Positions 48,236 through 58,569 of a stretch of DNA of 64,000 bases are shown one piece after another. The notes under the pieces are model-generated. The model searched no databases. It was not told the DNA's origin and worked only from the letters and a program-made list of their open reading frames with translations. The stretch is taken from the NCBI GenBank assembly GCA_965648905.1, contig CBFGIT010000011.1:32557-96556 (forward strand), in the 5' to 3' direction. The stretch's first letter is position 1, and each line of letters begins with the position of its first letter. Position numbers and translations under genes: made by a program. This DNA is from a candidate division WOR-3 bacterium (GTDB taxonomy: Bacteria > Hydrothermota > Tepidihabitantia > Tepidihabitantales > Tepidihabitantaceae).

Positions 48236-49774
48236 CTATCGGCCGATGACCACCCGGCGCACGTCTGATTCTGACCGGACAAAGTAGACACCGGGCGCGA
48301 CCCGGCTGATGTCGTTTGCACCGCGTTGCAGGCAGAGCACTTCTCGCCCGCAAGCGTCAAGCATCTGGCCTCTGGTTCGGACAGCGAGCGGCAGCGCGCT
48401 CCGCAGCATCGTTGGTTCTGACCGGACACGGGGCGCGTCGAGCGCAATAACTTCCTGCACGCCGCCGGTCGGATAGCTGATTGTAGCGTAGTCCGTGCCG
48501 GTTCCTGAGCCGGCGCTTGCGCCGGTCACGTAGACCGCGCCGTTCTGCCCCAGCGCCAGAGCTGCTGCCTCGTCGTCACGGCCGGCCGGGCCGTCGTAGC
48601 GCTGAACCCACATCTCCTGCCCGATGCTGTTGTAGCAGACGGTCGCGTAGTCGGCGCGTGTGCCTGAGCCGGCGCTTGCGCCGGTCACATAGACGCTGCC
48701 TGCACGGTCGAGGCCAATCGCGCGGGCCTCGTCGAATCCGCTGGCCGGGCCATCGTAGCGTACCACCCAGGCCCGTGAACCGTCCGGGTTGTACTTGACC
48801 GTGGTGTAGTCGAAGTCGGTTGAGACACCAGTGCTTGCGCCGGTGACGTAGATGCAGCCGGCCTCGTCAACTGCAAGCGCATACGCCCAGTCCGGCCCAG
48901 ATGCCGGGCCATCGTAGCGTTCGGTCCAGATCACCTCACCCCCCGGGCCGTACTTGACGGTTAGAAAGTCCATGTTGGTCCCTGCGCCCATGCTCGCACC
49001 GGTGACGATGACGTTGCCGGCCTGGTCTACGGCGATCGCGCGGGCCTCGTCGTGTTCGTCAGCCGGCCCGTTGTAACGTCTGGTCCAGACCGTGTCCCCG
49101 TTTGACGCGTTGTACTTGATCGTGACATAGTCCCAGTTGAGCACGTATGGGCTGCCGGTGTTGCCGGCAGTGTAGACGTACCCCTGGTTGTCGGCCGCGA
49201 CTCCCACGCAGTAGTCCTCATCGATCGTCGAGTAGATGCTGGTCCAGGCTTCTGAGCCGGCCGGGTCATACTTGACCAGAAGCATCTCCCAAAACGTCGT
49301 GTCGCCCGCGGTGTAGCCTGCAGCGTAGACATTCCCCGCGTCGTCGGCCGCAAGTGCCAGACCGTGGTCGTTGCGGTTGCCCGGGCCATTGTACAGGGCA
49401 GCCCAGCGCTGGCCGCCGGTTGCGTCGTAGGAGACAGTGAGCATGTCGGTCCAGAGGCTCACGTCCGAACAACCACCGGTAACAAACACGTTCTCGCCCC
49501 GGGCAACGATCGCGCGCGCCTGGTCGTCGCCCTGCGCCGCGCCGTCGTAGCGCGCAGCCCAGAGCGACTCGCCACTCGGGGTGTAGGCAACGGTCAGCAG
49601 GTCATTGGCCGCAGTCGAACTCCAGCTCGAACCAGTGACACAGACATTGCCGGCGGCGGTGACGGCAATCCCACAGGCTCGGTCTTCGTCATTGGCCGGG
49701 CCGTTGTAGCGGGCAACCCAGGTCTGACTGAAGCCGAGTGCTAGAACGAAAAGAACCGAAAGCAAGACACGCAT
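48236..49774 (-). CDS. secreted SBBP-repeat beta-propeller with T9SS-like C-terminal domain
   Basis: Repeats WxxRYxGP..D.A.AIAVD.AG.VYVTG.S....DY.TxKY. Confidence 0.85.
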   Translation of the reverse strand: MRVLLSVLFVLALGFSQTWVARYNGPANDEDRACGIAVTAAGNVCVTGSSWSSTAANDLLTVAYTPSGESLWAARYDGAAQGDDQARAIVARGENVFVTGGCSDVSLWTDMLTVSYDATGGQRWAALYNGPGNRNDHGLALAADDAGNVYAAGYTAGDTTFWEMLLVKYDPAGSEAWTSIYSTIDEDYCVGVAADNQGYVYTAGNTGSPYVLNWDYVTIKYNASNGDTVWTRRYNGPADEHDEARAIAVDQAGNVIVTGASMGAGTNMDFLTVKYGPGGEVIWTERYDGPASGPDWAYALAVDEAGCIYVTGASTGVSTDFDYTTVKYNPDGSRAWVVRYDGPASGFDEARAIGLDRAGSVYVTGASAGSGTRADYATVCYNSIGQEMWVQRYDGPAGRDDEAAALALGQNGAVYVTGASAGSGTGTDYATISYPTGGVQEVIALDAPRVRSEPTMLRSALPLAVRTRGQMLDACGREVLCLQRGANDISRVAPGVYFVRSESDVRRVVIGR

Positions 49775-49775
49775 G

Positions 49776-51275
49776 TTACTCTCCTTTCACAATTCGCGCT
49801 GTTGCTGAGGCGGTAGCACTACTGCCTGTTGTCGCGCTGAGCTGAGCGAAATACACCCCGGGCGCCAGGTGATGCACGTCGTTGGCCCCGGGCGCAAGAT
49901 TCATTACCTTCCGGCCCAGCGCATCAGTGAGGATGCCGTGGAATTGCTGCGCGCCACGTCCCGGCTCGGGCAGCAACAGGTGGCCACGGACAATCGTCGC
50001 GAAGGGACGCGAACGTGTTACGCCGGGCGTTACTCGTTCCTCGTTACCGACCGCGAAGTCACGCGGGTACTTGAGCGCCCGGCCAATCTGACCGCCGGTG
50101 TTGTAGGTCCACACGACCTGACCGGCGGGTGTTACCTCGACCAGTCTGCTCGCCGTTCCGAGCGTAGCCATGGTGTTGCCGTTGGGCAGTCGGTAAGCCC
50201 CGCCAAGATGCTGGGCGTAGAAGGCCGAGCCATTCTGGTATGTCCAGGTCGGCGCGGTCGGACCGAAGGCTGAATCCGGGTGAATGTAATAGTGGTCCTC
50301 GGAGTCGAGCGGCGCGGTGATTTCAGTAATCACCGAGTAATCGTTACTGCTTCCTGGCCGGTCACCGTTGTTGAGCACCAGGATGTTACCGGCACCGGGC
50401 ATACCTGGTTTGACCCAGTTGCCGCCGTGGATAACATAGAATACGCGATCAGCCGACGTACCCCGGCCGTAGTTCTGCGGGTTGCCCCAGCGGTAAAGGA
50501 TATCGCCGCCTTTGCCGTGCCGGCCACCGGTCGAGCCCCGCGCTTCTTCGGTTGTCGTCGAGTGGTCGATGACGTAAATCTCGTGCAGGTTGTGTGAGGT
50601 CAGGATAATCTCGTCCCGTTCTTCGTTGTAGTCCACAGTGTTGCAGTGCATCCAGTCCCCGCCCATCACGGTGCCGAGGTTGATATTCAGTCGCTCGGGG
50701 TGGTCACGGATGACACCGTAGTTGGGTTTGGATGGGTCAACGTCCTGAATCAGGTGGTCCCAGAAGTGCCACTCCCAGACAACCGAGCGCGTGACCGGAT
50801 CCCATTCGACGACCTCATCCGGCCAGATATCGCCGGTGATGCCTTGCCGGCCCAGCGATTCAGCCTGCGCCCGGGTCTTTCTGTCCCAGGACACGACTAG
50901 CACATGACCGTTGGGCATCGGGTGGATGTCGTGGTGCTGCTGGTGGTAAGCGTTGGACCAGATGAAGCTCTCGATAACGTTGCCGTTCCAGTCATAGTGT
51001 TCAATCAGGCCTCCGTACGCCGCGCCACGCATGGTTGCCCCGGAATAGACACCAGGCCGCCACATCGTCGAGTCGGGCATCAGGTAAGGAACGTACGAAA
51101 CCCCGGAGTTGCAGTTCCAAGTGTTTACTGTCTGGCCGTCGTTCGTGACCAGCCGGCAGGTCCGGTTGCTCATTACATTAACCAACGTCAGCCCGTCATA
51201 GACCTGTGCGACGATGAGCGTCGGCAGGCACAGCGAGACCAGCGTCAGTACCGGGGCGATGTTGCTTCTCTTCAT
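49776..51275 (-). CDS. aryl-sulfate sulfotransferase-like protein with T9SS-like C-terminal domain (copy 3)
   Basis: HHDIHPMPNG, WEWHFWDH, DWMHCN, IDHSTT, ILYRWGNP, RLPNGNT. Confidence 0.85.
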   Translation of the reverse strand: MKRSNIAPVLTLVSLCLPTLIVAQVYDGLTLVNVMSNRTCRLVTNDGQTVNTWNCNSGVSYVPYLMPDSTMWRPGVYSGATMRGAAYGGLIEHYDWNGNVIESFIWSNAYHQQHHDIHPMPNGHVLVVSWDRKTRAQAESLGRQGITGDIWPDEVVEWDPVTRSVVWEWHFWDHLIQDVDPSKPNYGVIRDHPERLNINLGTVMGGDWMHCNTVDYNEERDEIILTSHNLHEIYVIDHSTTTEEARGSTGGRHGKGGDILYRWGNPQNYGRGTSADRVFYVIHGGNWVKPGMPGAGNILVLNNGDRPGSSNDYSVITEITAPLDSEDHYYIHPDSAFGPTAPTWTYQNGSAFYAQHLGGAYRLPNGNTMATLGTASRLVEVTPAGQVVWTYNTGGQIGRALKYPRDFAVGNEERVTPGVTRSRPFATIVRGHLLLPEPGRGAQQFHGILTDALGRKVMNLAPGANDVHHLAPGVYFAQLSATTGSSATASATARIVKGE

Positions 51276-51305
51276 GCTCGAGCCTCCTCTTCGGTCATGT
51301 TTTCT

Positions 51306-52763
51306 CTACTGTGCCAGCAAAACCTTTGTGGTTTGGCCGCCTTCGCGGACAAAGTACACCCCTGGCGAAAGACCGCGGACGTTATTGACGCCCGGTTCGA
51401 GCCTGAGCACGCGCCGGCCGCCGGCATCGAGCAAGGCCGAACTCCGAAAATCGAATGGCGAGTTGATGTGGAGGACGCTACGGGCGATGCTCGGGCCCGG
51501 CGTGTGGCGTACCGCGTGCGGCTTATCGGCTTCGGCCGCTCCGGTCGCGAAATCGCGCGGGTACTTGATTGCCCGGCCATTCCAGGCCGACGTCATCCGC
51601 TGCCAGACAACCCGGCCGTCATAGGTTACCTCAAACAGACGGCCGCTCACCGCCTCAGTGATGAAAGTATTGCCGTTCGGCAGCCGGTACGCGCCGGACA
51701 TATGGCCGGAGTAGAACACGCCCCGGTTCTCATAGGTCCAGCTCGGCTCCGCCGGGCCAAAGGCTGAATCCGGGTGAATGTAGTAGTGGTCGTTTGAATC
51801 AAGGGGCGGCGTAATTTCCCAGACACTGGAGTAGTCGTTGGCACTGCCCGGCCGATCACCGTTGTTGAAGACCATGATATTGCCCTCGCCGAGCAGACCG
51901 CGCCGAATCCAGTTCGCACCATGGACCACAAAGAAGCGCTGGTCGGTCGAATCTCCGCGGCGATAGTTCTGCGGGTTACCCCAGCGGTACAGGATATCGC
52001 CGCCTTTGCCGTGCCGGCCACCGGTGTGACCAGCCGCCTCTTCGGTCGTGGTCGAATGGTCGATGACGTACAGTTCGTTCAGGAAGTGCGAGCTGAAGAC
52101 GATCTCGTCCCGCTCTTCGTTGTAGTCAACGATGTTGGCGTGAATCCAGTCGCCGTACATGAAGAGCGTGCCAAGGTTGATGTCAAACAGCTCAGGATGG
52201 TCGCGGACCACACCATAATTCGGCTTGGTCGAGTCAACATCCTGTATCAGATGGTCCCAGGCCCGCCAACGCCAGACCACGCTGTCACAAATCGGGTCGT
52301 ACTCGACGATTTCCTCAGACCACATGTCACCGGTGACATTGATGCGGCCCATGGCCTGAGCCTCGGTTCGAGTCTTACGGTCCCAGGAAAGCACCAGGAT
52401 ATTTCCGTTGGGCATTGGGTGAATGTCGTGGTGCTGCTGGTGGTTTGAGTCCGACCAGACAAAACTCCGGATGATATTACCGTTCCAGTCATACTGACGA
52501 ATCCAGCCGCCGTAGACCCCGCCGCGCATGACCGCACCCGGATACACGTCCGGCCGCCAGATAGTTGAATCCGGCATCAGATAGACCGTATAGGCAGGCG
52601 TGGTCGAGCAGTTCCAGGAGTTGACCAGTTGGCCGTTGGTGTCAATCAACGACACGGTCCGGCTGTAAACCGGGTTAGAGATAACCAAGCCATCAAAGAC
52701 CTGCGCAGTCAGCAACGCCGGCAGGAAAACAAAGAGTAAGGTCAAACCGCTTTTCTTCATCAT
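51306..52763 (-). CDS. aryl-sulfate sulfotransferase-like protein with T9SS-like C-terminal domain (copy 2)
   Basis: HHDIHPMPNG, DWIHAN, IDHSTT, ILYRWGNP, RLPNGNTFITE. Confidence 0.85.
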   Translation of the reverse strand: MMKKSGLTLLFVFLPALLTAQVFDGLVISNPVYSRTVSLIDTNGQLVNSWNCSTTPAYTVYLMPDSTIWRPDVYPGAVMRGGVYGGWIRQYDWNGNIIRSFVWSDSNHQQHHDIHPMPNGNILVLSWDRKTRTEAQAMGRINVTGDMWSEEIVEYDPICDSVVWRWRAWDHLIQDVDSTKPNYGVVRDHPELFDINLGTLFMYGDWIHANIVDYNEERDEIVFSSHFLNELYVIDHSTTTEEAAGHTGGRHGKGGDILYRWGNPQNYRRGDSTDQRFFVVHGANWIRRGLLGEGNIMVFNNGDRPGSANDYSSVWEITPPLDSNDHYYIHPDSAFGPAEPSWTYENRGVFYSGHMSGAYRLPNGNTFITEAVSGRLFEVTYDGRVVWQRMTSAWNGRAIKYPRDFATGAAEADKPHAVRHTPGPSIARSVLHINSPFDFRSSALLDAGGRRVLRLEPGVNNVRGLSPGVYFVREGGQTTKVLLAQ

Positions 52764-52796
52764 GCCTCCTAAGTACGCGGTTCCATGGCATAGCCC

Positions 52797-54251
52797 CTAC
52801 TTGGTCAGCAACACCCGGGCCGTGTGTCCGTCAGCACGCACGAAGTAGACGCCCGGAGTGAGTGCGGCCAGGAAGTTCGTGCCATGCTCAAGGTCGACTA
52901 CATGCCGGCCGCAGGCATCGAGCAAGGGCAGATTCATGCTTTCGGAAGACGAGTTGAGGTTGAGGACGCCGCGGACAATGGTCGGGCCCGGCGTGTGGCG
53001 TACCGCGTACGGCGTATAGCCTTCGTCTGCTCCGGACGCGAAGTCACGCGGGTACTTGGTTGCTCGTCCGACCTGGCCACCCGTGTTCAGTGTCCAGACG
53101 ACCTGGCGAGCTGGCGTGATTTCGTAGACCATCCCGGTTGTGCCCAGCACGGCAAGCGTGTTGCCGTTGGGCAGTCGGTAAGCCCCGCCCAGGTGCTGGG
53201 AGTAGAACGAGCAACCGTTCGAGTAAGACCAGGTCGGAGTCCGCGGGCCGTAGGCCGAGTCCGGATGAATGTAGTAGTGGTCATTGGCATCAAGCGGCGG
53301 GGTTATCTGGACAACCGACGAGGAATCGCCTGATGTTCCGGGCCGGTCACCGTTGTTCAGGACCAGGATATCTCCGGCACCGAGCATTCCCGGCCGTATC
53401 CAGTTTCCGCCGTGGGCGACGAAGAAAACCTGGTCTGCTGCTGTTCCCCGGCGATAGTTCTGCGGGTTGCCCCAGCGGTAGATGAAGTCCCCGCCTTTGC
53501 CGTGCCGACCGCCGGTCGAACCCCGCGCCTCTTCAGTTGTCGTCGAGTGGTCGATGACGTAGATTTCGTGCAGGTTGTGTGATGTCAGAATGATTTCGTC
53601 CCGTTCCTCGTTGTAGTCCACGGTGTTGCAGTGCATCCAGTCACCGCCCTGAACCGTGCCGAGATTGATATCAAGCCGCTCCGGATGGTCACGAATGACG
53701 CCATAGTTCGGCTTGGTCGGGTCAACGTCCTGAATCAGGTGGTCCCAGAAGTGCCATTCCCAGACTACGCTTCGGCTCACCGGGTCCCATTCAATGACTT
53801 CGTCCGGCCAGATATCACTGGCGATGTTCCGTCGGCCCAGTGATTCGGCCTGTGCCCGGGTTTTTCTGTCCCAGGATACTACCAGCACATGGCCGTTAGG
53901 CATGACGTTGATATCATGGTGCTGCTGGTGATTCGAGTCCGACCACAAGAAACTCTCAATCAGGTCTCCGCGCCAGTCGTAATGCGCCATCAGGCCGCCA
54001 TAGGGCCCGCCGCGCATCACTGACCCGGGCCAGACTTCCATGCGCCAGACCGTGCTGTCCGGCAGCAGATAGGCCATGTAGCAGGGATAGGTGGACGTCC
54101 ACGAGTTGACCACGCGGCCGGAGTTATCTTTGAGGTAGGTAGTACGGTTGTTGATGAGGTTGTAGAGCGTCAAGCCGTCGAGCACCTGGGCGGCTGCTAC
54201 AACCGGGAGAAGTACCCATGCTGCAAGCGCAGCGGTTCGGGAGTCCATCAT
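52797..54251 (-). CDS. aryl-sulfate sulfotransferase-like protein with T9SS-like C-terminal domain (copy 1)
   Basis: HHDINVMPNG, DWMHCN, IDHSTT, FIYRWGNP, RLPNGNT. Confidence 0.85.
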   Translation of the reverse strand: MMDSRTAALAAWVLLPVVAAAQVLDGLTLYNLINNRTTYLKDNSGRVVNSWTSTYPCYMAYLLPDSTVWRMEVWPGSVMRGGPYGGLMAHYDWRGDLIESFLWSDSNHQQHHDINVMPNGHVLVVSWDRKTRAQAESLGRRNIASDIWPDEVIEWDPVSRSVVWEWHFWDHLIQDVDPTKPNYGVIRDHPERLDINLGTVQGGDWMHCNTVDYNEERDEIILTSHNLHEIYVIDHSTTTEEARGSTGGRHGKGGDFIYRWGNPQNYRRGTAADQVFFVAHGGNWIRPGMLGAGDILVLNNGDRPGTSGDSSSVVQITPPLDANDHYYIHPDSAYGPRTPTWSYSNGCSFYSQHLGGAYRLPNGNTLAVLGTTGMVYEITPARQVVWTLNTGGQVGRATKYPRDFASGADEGYTPYAVRHTPGPTIVRGVLNLNSSSESMNLPLLDACGRHVVDLEHGTNFLAALTPGVYFVRADGHTARVLLTK

Positions 54252-56512
54252 CTTGCCACAATCAGTTTGACGGTCTCGACCAGTTCGGCCCGATTAGCGC
54301 AGGCCGATTCCAGTGTCGCGAAGTAGACGCCGCCCGACTGCCCGGTAATGACGAAGCTCACTTCGTGTTGGCCAGGCGTCTGGTTGCCATCAACGACTGT
54401 CGCGATCAACCGGCCGGTAGCGTCGTACACCCGCAAGGCGACCTGGCTTGGCTGGGCAATGGTGAAGCTGAGCACGGTGTGCCGGGCAAACGGGTTCGGG
54501 TGCGCGGTCAGTTGAGCAGGCGATACTGAGAAGTGCCTCTCCTCCACTCCGACCGCGCTGTCGTTAGGAGCTCGGAACGTCGGGTTCATCAGCCGGAAGG
54601 TGCCGAACCCGTCCGGGTAGCGGCCGAAGCTCACGTCCGGCTTCTGGGGCCCGAATACTGCCAAGTCCTGCCTGAAACCGTCCGGGTCGGTGAGAAAGAC
54701 CATCTCTCCGGACGAATTGAGCCGGAAGTTGGCATGCAGCCCGCGCTGAGTCAGGTCGCTATCAGCCCAGACTACGACATAGCCATTGGCCGGAATCACT
54801 GAGTCTGGGAACTCCCATTTGAGCCGGTTGAGCGAGTCATCGGACAGAAAGTACCCGTCGAGCGAAATCGGCCGCGCGGTGGTGTTCCGCAGCTCAATCC
54901 AGTCGTCATACTGGCCCGAGGGGTCAGGCATGGTCCGGACGTTCTCAGCCATCAGTTCATTGATGACAACGCCACCTGTCACCGGTAGAACGAAAGTCTG
55001 GTATTCAGCCCGGGGCGGATAGAAGACCCCGGCCTCAGTGTTCTCGGCATAGATGTAGTACTCCAGGTTGCCAGCGCCGACACGGAGTGTAACAGCATAC
55101 AGGCTGTCATTGGCCGCACCGTCATCGTGCTCGCCGTCATCGTACATCACGGCTCGGGTGAACCGCAGCGCCGGATTCTGGCGATACCCAAGAAAGACTG
55201 AATCTGCAGCCGAGACCCGCGCCTCGAACCGGACACTTGTGTTCGGTGCTGGGCGGGGCGGGCTGGTGGTTATCTCAGACACCGAGGGTTGAGCAGCCTG
55301 GAACTCGGGCCGGCGCAAAAGGAAGCTGACCCGGCCGTTCATCAGCTCGGTCAGGCCGACGATCGCGAGCGGCCCGGAGCCGACCGAGCGGGTGACGTTG
55401 TTGGTGAAGTCGTTGTAAGAGTAGAACTTGTTCGGGTCAGCCCGAACGTGCGCGTCGATTATCTCCTGTATCTCGTAGGCCCGGTCCCGATACCAGTTGT
55501 TCTCAAGTACATCAGCGACCATTGTCTTCATGTGCGCGATGAACATCCGGCGGCGCCGGGCATCGTTGAAGACCATGGACAGAATCGGGTAATCCGGGTC
55601 GGTCGAGCGCAGAAACGGATCGAGCTGCTGCATCTGCACCAAGGACAGTTGCCCGGTTCCCTGCAAGTCCCGGAACGCACCAAAGCTCTCGTTCAAGTCC
55701 CAGACAATCGGGTTAAACCGGGCCGAGGCATCGCGGTACAGGTAGTAGTTCTGGGCGGTGTTGATTGGAGCGTCGAGGTTGACCAGAAGGATATCGAAGG
55801 CAAGCATCCAGAGGTGCCGGTCGGTGTCGAGAATCAGGTCGAGCGCCGAATTGCAATTGCTGAGCATGTCCAGAAGACCAATCAGCTCAGGCCAGCCCGT
55901 GCGGGACTCGAGCTCGAAGTAAGCGAGATAGGGGGTCGATTCAGGGCCCAGGTACTTCCAGCCCATCATTGCCACCGAGTCGAACCTCACTCGACCCTTG
56001 AACCGGGCGTTCTCATCACAGTAGAAGTGGGTGCGCATGAACGCCTTGTCCGGGTCTTCGTTGTTGGTGTAGAGGCCGATGAGCGTGTCGTTGACGTAGA
56101 CATTGGCGTAGTTCGAGCGTCCAGCCGGCATGTACTTGCGCGCGATTTCGTAGCTTAAGACCTCGCGCACAAAGCTCGGGTCTTTGTAGACATTGGCCAG
56201 GCGCAGGGTGCCGTGGCCCTCGATGTTGGCGCCCGGCCTTACGTAGTCGAGCTTGATGTTGAACGGGTTCTTGCGCCGGCTTGGGTTGTAGGAACTGAAG
56301 CCCTTGTACCTGACCCCGACGCTGTCGAACCGGACGCCATTGACGAACGCGGTGCCGACCAGCCGTCCTTCCTCGCCCGCCGCGTAAAGACTGTCAAGAA
56401 TCTCGTCCCAGTTGGACTCAGCGAAAACCAGTCTGATTTCATTCACCTGCTCGACGTCAAAAAAGCCGGCAACTGCGGCCGTGACGAGGAGCGCGAGCAG
56501 GCAGCATCTCAT
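54248..56512 (-). CDS. secreted CotH kinase family protein + lamin tail domain + T9SS type A domain
   Basis: GVRYKGFSS, REVLSYEI, GLY, NLD...NYYLY, WDLNESFG; VVINELMAEN..DWIELRN; HPNPF..VYDATGRL..GVYF. Confidence 0.9.
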   Translation of the reverse strand: MRCCLLALLVTAAVAGFFDVEQVNEIRLVFAESNWDEILDSLYAAGEEGRLVGTAFVNGVRFDSVGVRYKGFSSYNPSRRKNPFNIKLDYVRPGANIEGHGTLRLANVYKDPSFVREVLSYEIARKYMPAGRSNYANVYVNDTLIGLYTNNEDPDKAFMRTHFYCDENARFKGRVRFDSVAMMGWKYLGPESTPYLAYFELESRTGWPELIGLLDMLSNCNSALDLILDTDRHLWMLAFDILLVNLDAPINTAQNYYLYRDASARFNPIVWDLNESFGAFRDLQGTGQLSLVQMQQLDPFLRSTDPDYPILSMVFNDARRRRMFIAHMKTMVADVLENNWYRDRAYEIQEIIDAHVRADPNKFYSYNDFTNNVTRSVGSGPLAIVGLTELMNGRVSFLLRRPEFQAAQPSVSEITTSPPRPAPNTSVRFEARVSAADSVFLGYRQNPALRFTRAVMYDDGEHDDGAANDSLYAVTLRVGAGNLEYYIYAENTEAGVFYPPRAEYQTFVLPVTGGVVINELMAENVRTMPDPSGQYDDWIELRNTTARPISLDGYFLSDDSLNRLKWEFPDSVIPANGYVVVWADSDLTQRGLHANFRLNSSGEMVFLTDPDGFRQDLAVFGPQKPDVSFGRYPDGFGTFRLMNPTFRAPNDSAVGVEERHFSVSPAQLTAHPNPFARHTVLSFTIAQPSQVALRVYDATGRLIATVVDGNQTPGQHEVSFVITGQSGGVYFATLESACANRAELVETVKLIVAR

Positions 56513-56524
56513 GCCGAAGTGCTC

Positions 56525-57535
56525 CTACTTTCTGGTCCGGTTCGCCCGGGCCGGGGTCGGCAGCAGGAACTGCCAATCCGGGCCACCATCAGGCAGCCGG
56601 CCGAACGAGGTGTCGGGCTTCTGCGGTCCGAAGCTGAGCGTGTCGACAATCAGGGCGTGCGTGCCGTACTTCTCAAACAGCCCGAGTTGCTCGCCCCGGG
56701 CAGCAGCGAGGTTGAATGAGGCATGGAACTGACCCTCTTCCTCTTCGCCGTCAGCCCAGATAAGCTGGTAGCCGTGCGCGGGAATCGTGACGTCCGGCAG
56801 AGTCCAGCGCGTCGGCTGCCTCAGGTCATCGGTCAGGGTGAACCCACGCAGGGTCACAGCCGTGTCCGCAGCGTTGTAGAGCTCGACCCAGTCGTCGTAG
56901 TCCCCAGCCTCGTCGGTGTTGATCGTCTGGTTCGAGGCAAGGAACTCGTTGATGAAGACTATTCCGGCCAGGGACGAGACAGCCGATGTGTTCGGCTCGC
57001 CCGGAGTCGGCACAGACAAAAGCTGCCAGTTGCCCCCATCCGGAACCCGGCCGTACGAAGTGTCAGAACGCTGCGGGCCAAAGCGCATGGTGTCGACGAT
57101 GAAGACCCGGTCGCCATGAGAAGTGAAGAGACCCAGTTCCTCGCCCTGGCTGGCGCTGAGCCGGAACGAGGCATGCAAAGGTCCTTGACGGTACTCCCCG
57201 TCAGCCCAGATAAGCAGATGGCCGTGCGCGGGAATCGTCGTGTCCGGAAAAGTCCACTTCATCGGCCGCGCCAGATTGTCGGTCAGGTACATCGGCTTCA
57301 GGCGAACCGGAGCATTGCCGGCGTTGTACAACTCAATCCAGTCGGCATACTCGCCGTTCTCATCCGGCAGGGTGGACTTGTTCGATGCCATTACTTCGTT
57401 GATGAACAGCACGCCCGCCAGGGGCGATAGCTCGGTTATGGCCGGAGCAGCGTCACAACCGCCAACCAGCGTAACAAGTACCAACCCAATGCACATCTTC
57501 GCTGCCAACTCGCCACCTTTCCTTGTTCGTCTCAT
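56525..57535 (-). CDS. lipoprotein with two lamin tail domains
   Basis: Lipobox LVGGC; two INExxASN..DW(I/V)ELYN..S(Y/F)GRxPDG..PTP domains. Confidence 0.85.
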   Translation of the reverse strand: MRRTRKGGELAAKMCIGLVLVTLVGGCDAAPAITELSPLAGVLFINEVMASNKSTLPDENGEYADWIELYNAGNAPVRLKPMYLTDNLARPMKWTFPDTTIPAHGHLLIWADGEYRQGPLHASFRLSASQGEELGLFTSHGDRVFIVDTMRFGPQRSDTSYGRVPDGGNWQLLSVPTPGEPNTSAVSSLAGIVFINEFLASNQTINTDEAGDYDDWVELYNAADTAVTLRGFTLTDDLRQPTRWTLPDVTIPAHGYQLIWADGEEEEGQFHASFNLAAARGEQLGLFEKYGTHALIVDTLSFGPQKPDTSFGRLPDGGPDWQFLLPTPARANRTRK

Positions 57536-57542
57536 GTCATCC

Positions 57543-58499
57543 TCAGAACCCGGCCTGCGCCTGCACCATGACCTTGTGTCCAGCCTCCTCTGCCGGCTCC
57601 AACTTCGAGACCAGATTGACCTTCAACTCAAGCCGTCGACGGAGATGCCAGTTGCAGGCTGTGGTCACCGCAGTCGTTTGGTCAAACCGGTCACCTGGGT
57701 CTGGATAGAGCTGCTCGAACTTGAGTCCGGGTTCGAATGCACCCAGCCGGTAGAAGCCCTGAACGTACCAGCCGAGCATTTTGGTATCCGGCTCAGCCTG
57801 ACCCAGAAGCACTTCGGCCTCGACCGTTGCGCAGCCGGTTCGAGAGGCCAGGTCTCCGCCCCAAGCCAGCATCTTCTTCCCAGTCAGCGAGTCATTGCGC
57901 TGGCTGGCATTGACTCCAAGCACAAGCCGTGACCAGGGCGAGAAGGTCAGTCGCTCGCAGAACTGCTTGGCGTCGTTCCAGTCGCCGGCCCGCTTGGTGC
58001 CGTTGCCGTTGAACACGCCCAGGGAGTAGCCCACCGGCATCAGGCGGTGAAACAGCTCGCCCTCGACTGCCAGGCCGATGTCGCGGCCCAGATAACCGAC
58101 ATCGCCAAACGCATTGTTCATCTCGCTCCGCTCAATGGTCAGCAGCCTGCTGGCCGGGGTCAGTTCCTCGTGGCTGAAAGGCATCTTGCGCAGACCGGCT
58201 ACCAGCGCGAGCGGGGCCGCAACCTGATGGCGGATGAAAGCATCCTTGAGGGTCAGGTCCAGCTCATCACAGCCAATCTCAATCTCGACTGCGGCCCGGT
58301 CCAGGTCGTAGCAGAACTCAACCCGACCGCGCCGGAGTTCAAACCCGTGGCGCGGAAAGGCACCGGAGCGGAAGTCGTACATCCACTGGACATGGACATA
58401 GCCGCCGAACGAGAACCCATCTTGGCCCTTAGGCCGCGCGGCCGCAGCCGACCCGACCAGCGCCAGCACGAAAAAAAGCAAATCAGCCGGTCTACGCAT
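57543..58499 (-). CDS. outer-membrane porin (OprO/OprP phosphate-selective porin-like)
   Basis: Signal peptide; FELRRGR, LKDAFI, G..KMPFSHEE, IERS, RDIG, GVFNGNG; terminal F. Confidence 0.78.
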   Translation of the reverse strand: MRRPADLLFFVLALVGSAAAARPKGQDGFSFGGYVHVQWMYDFRSGAFPRHGFELRRGRVEFCYDLDRAAVEIEIGCDELDLTLKDAFIRHQVAAPLALVAGLRKMPFSHEELTPASRLLTIERSEMNNAFGDVGYLGRDIGLAVEGELFHRLMPVGYSLGVFNGNGTKRAGDWNDAKQFCERLTFSPWSRLVLGVNASQRNDSLTGKKMLAWGGDLASRTGCATVEAEVLLGQAEPDTKMLGWYVQGFYRLGAFEPGLKFEQLYPDPGDRFDQTTAVTTACNWHLRRRLELKVNLVSKLEPAEEAGHKVMVQAQAGF

Positions 58500-58569
58500 C
58501 AAGCTGTCTCCTTAGACACCAGGGGCCAAGGCTTACTGCGGCTCGATTGTGAAGACACTGCTAAATCTT

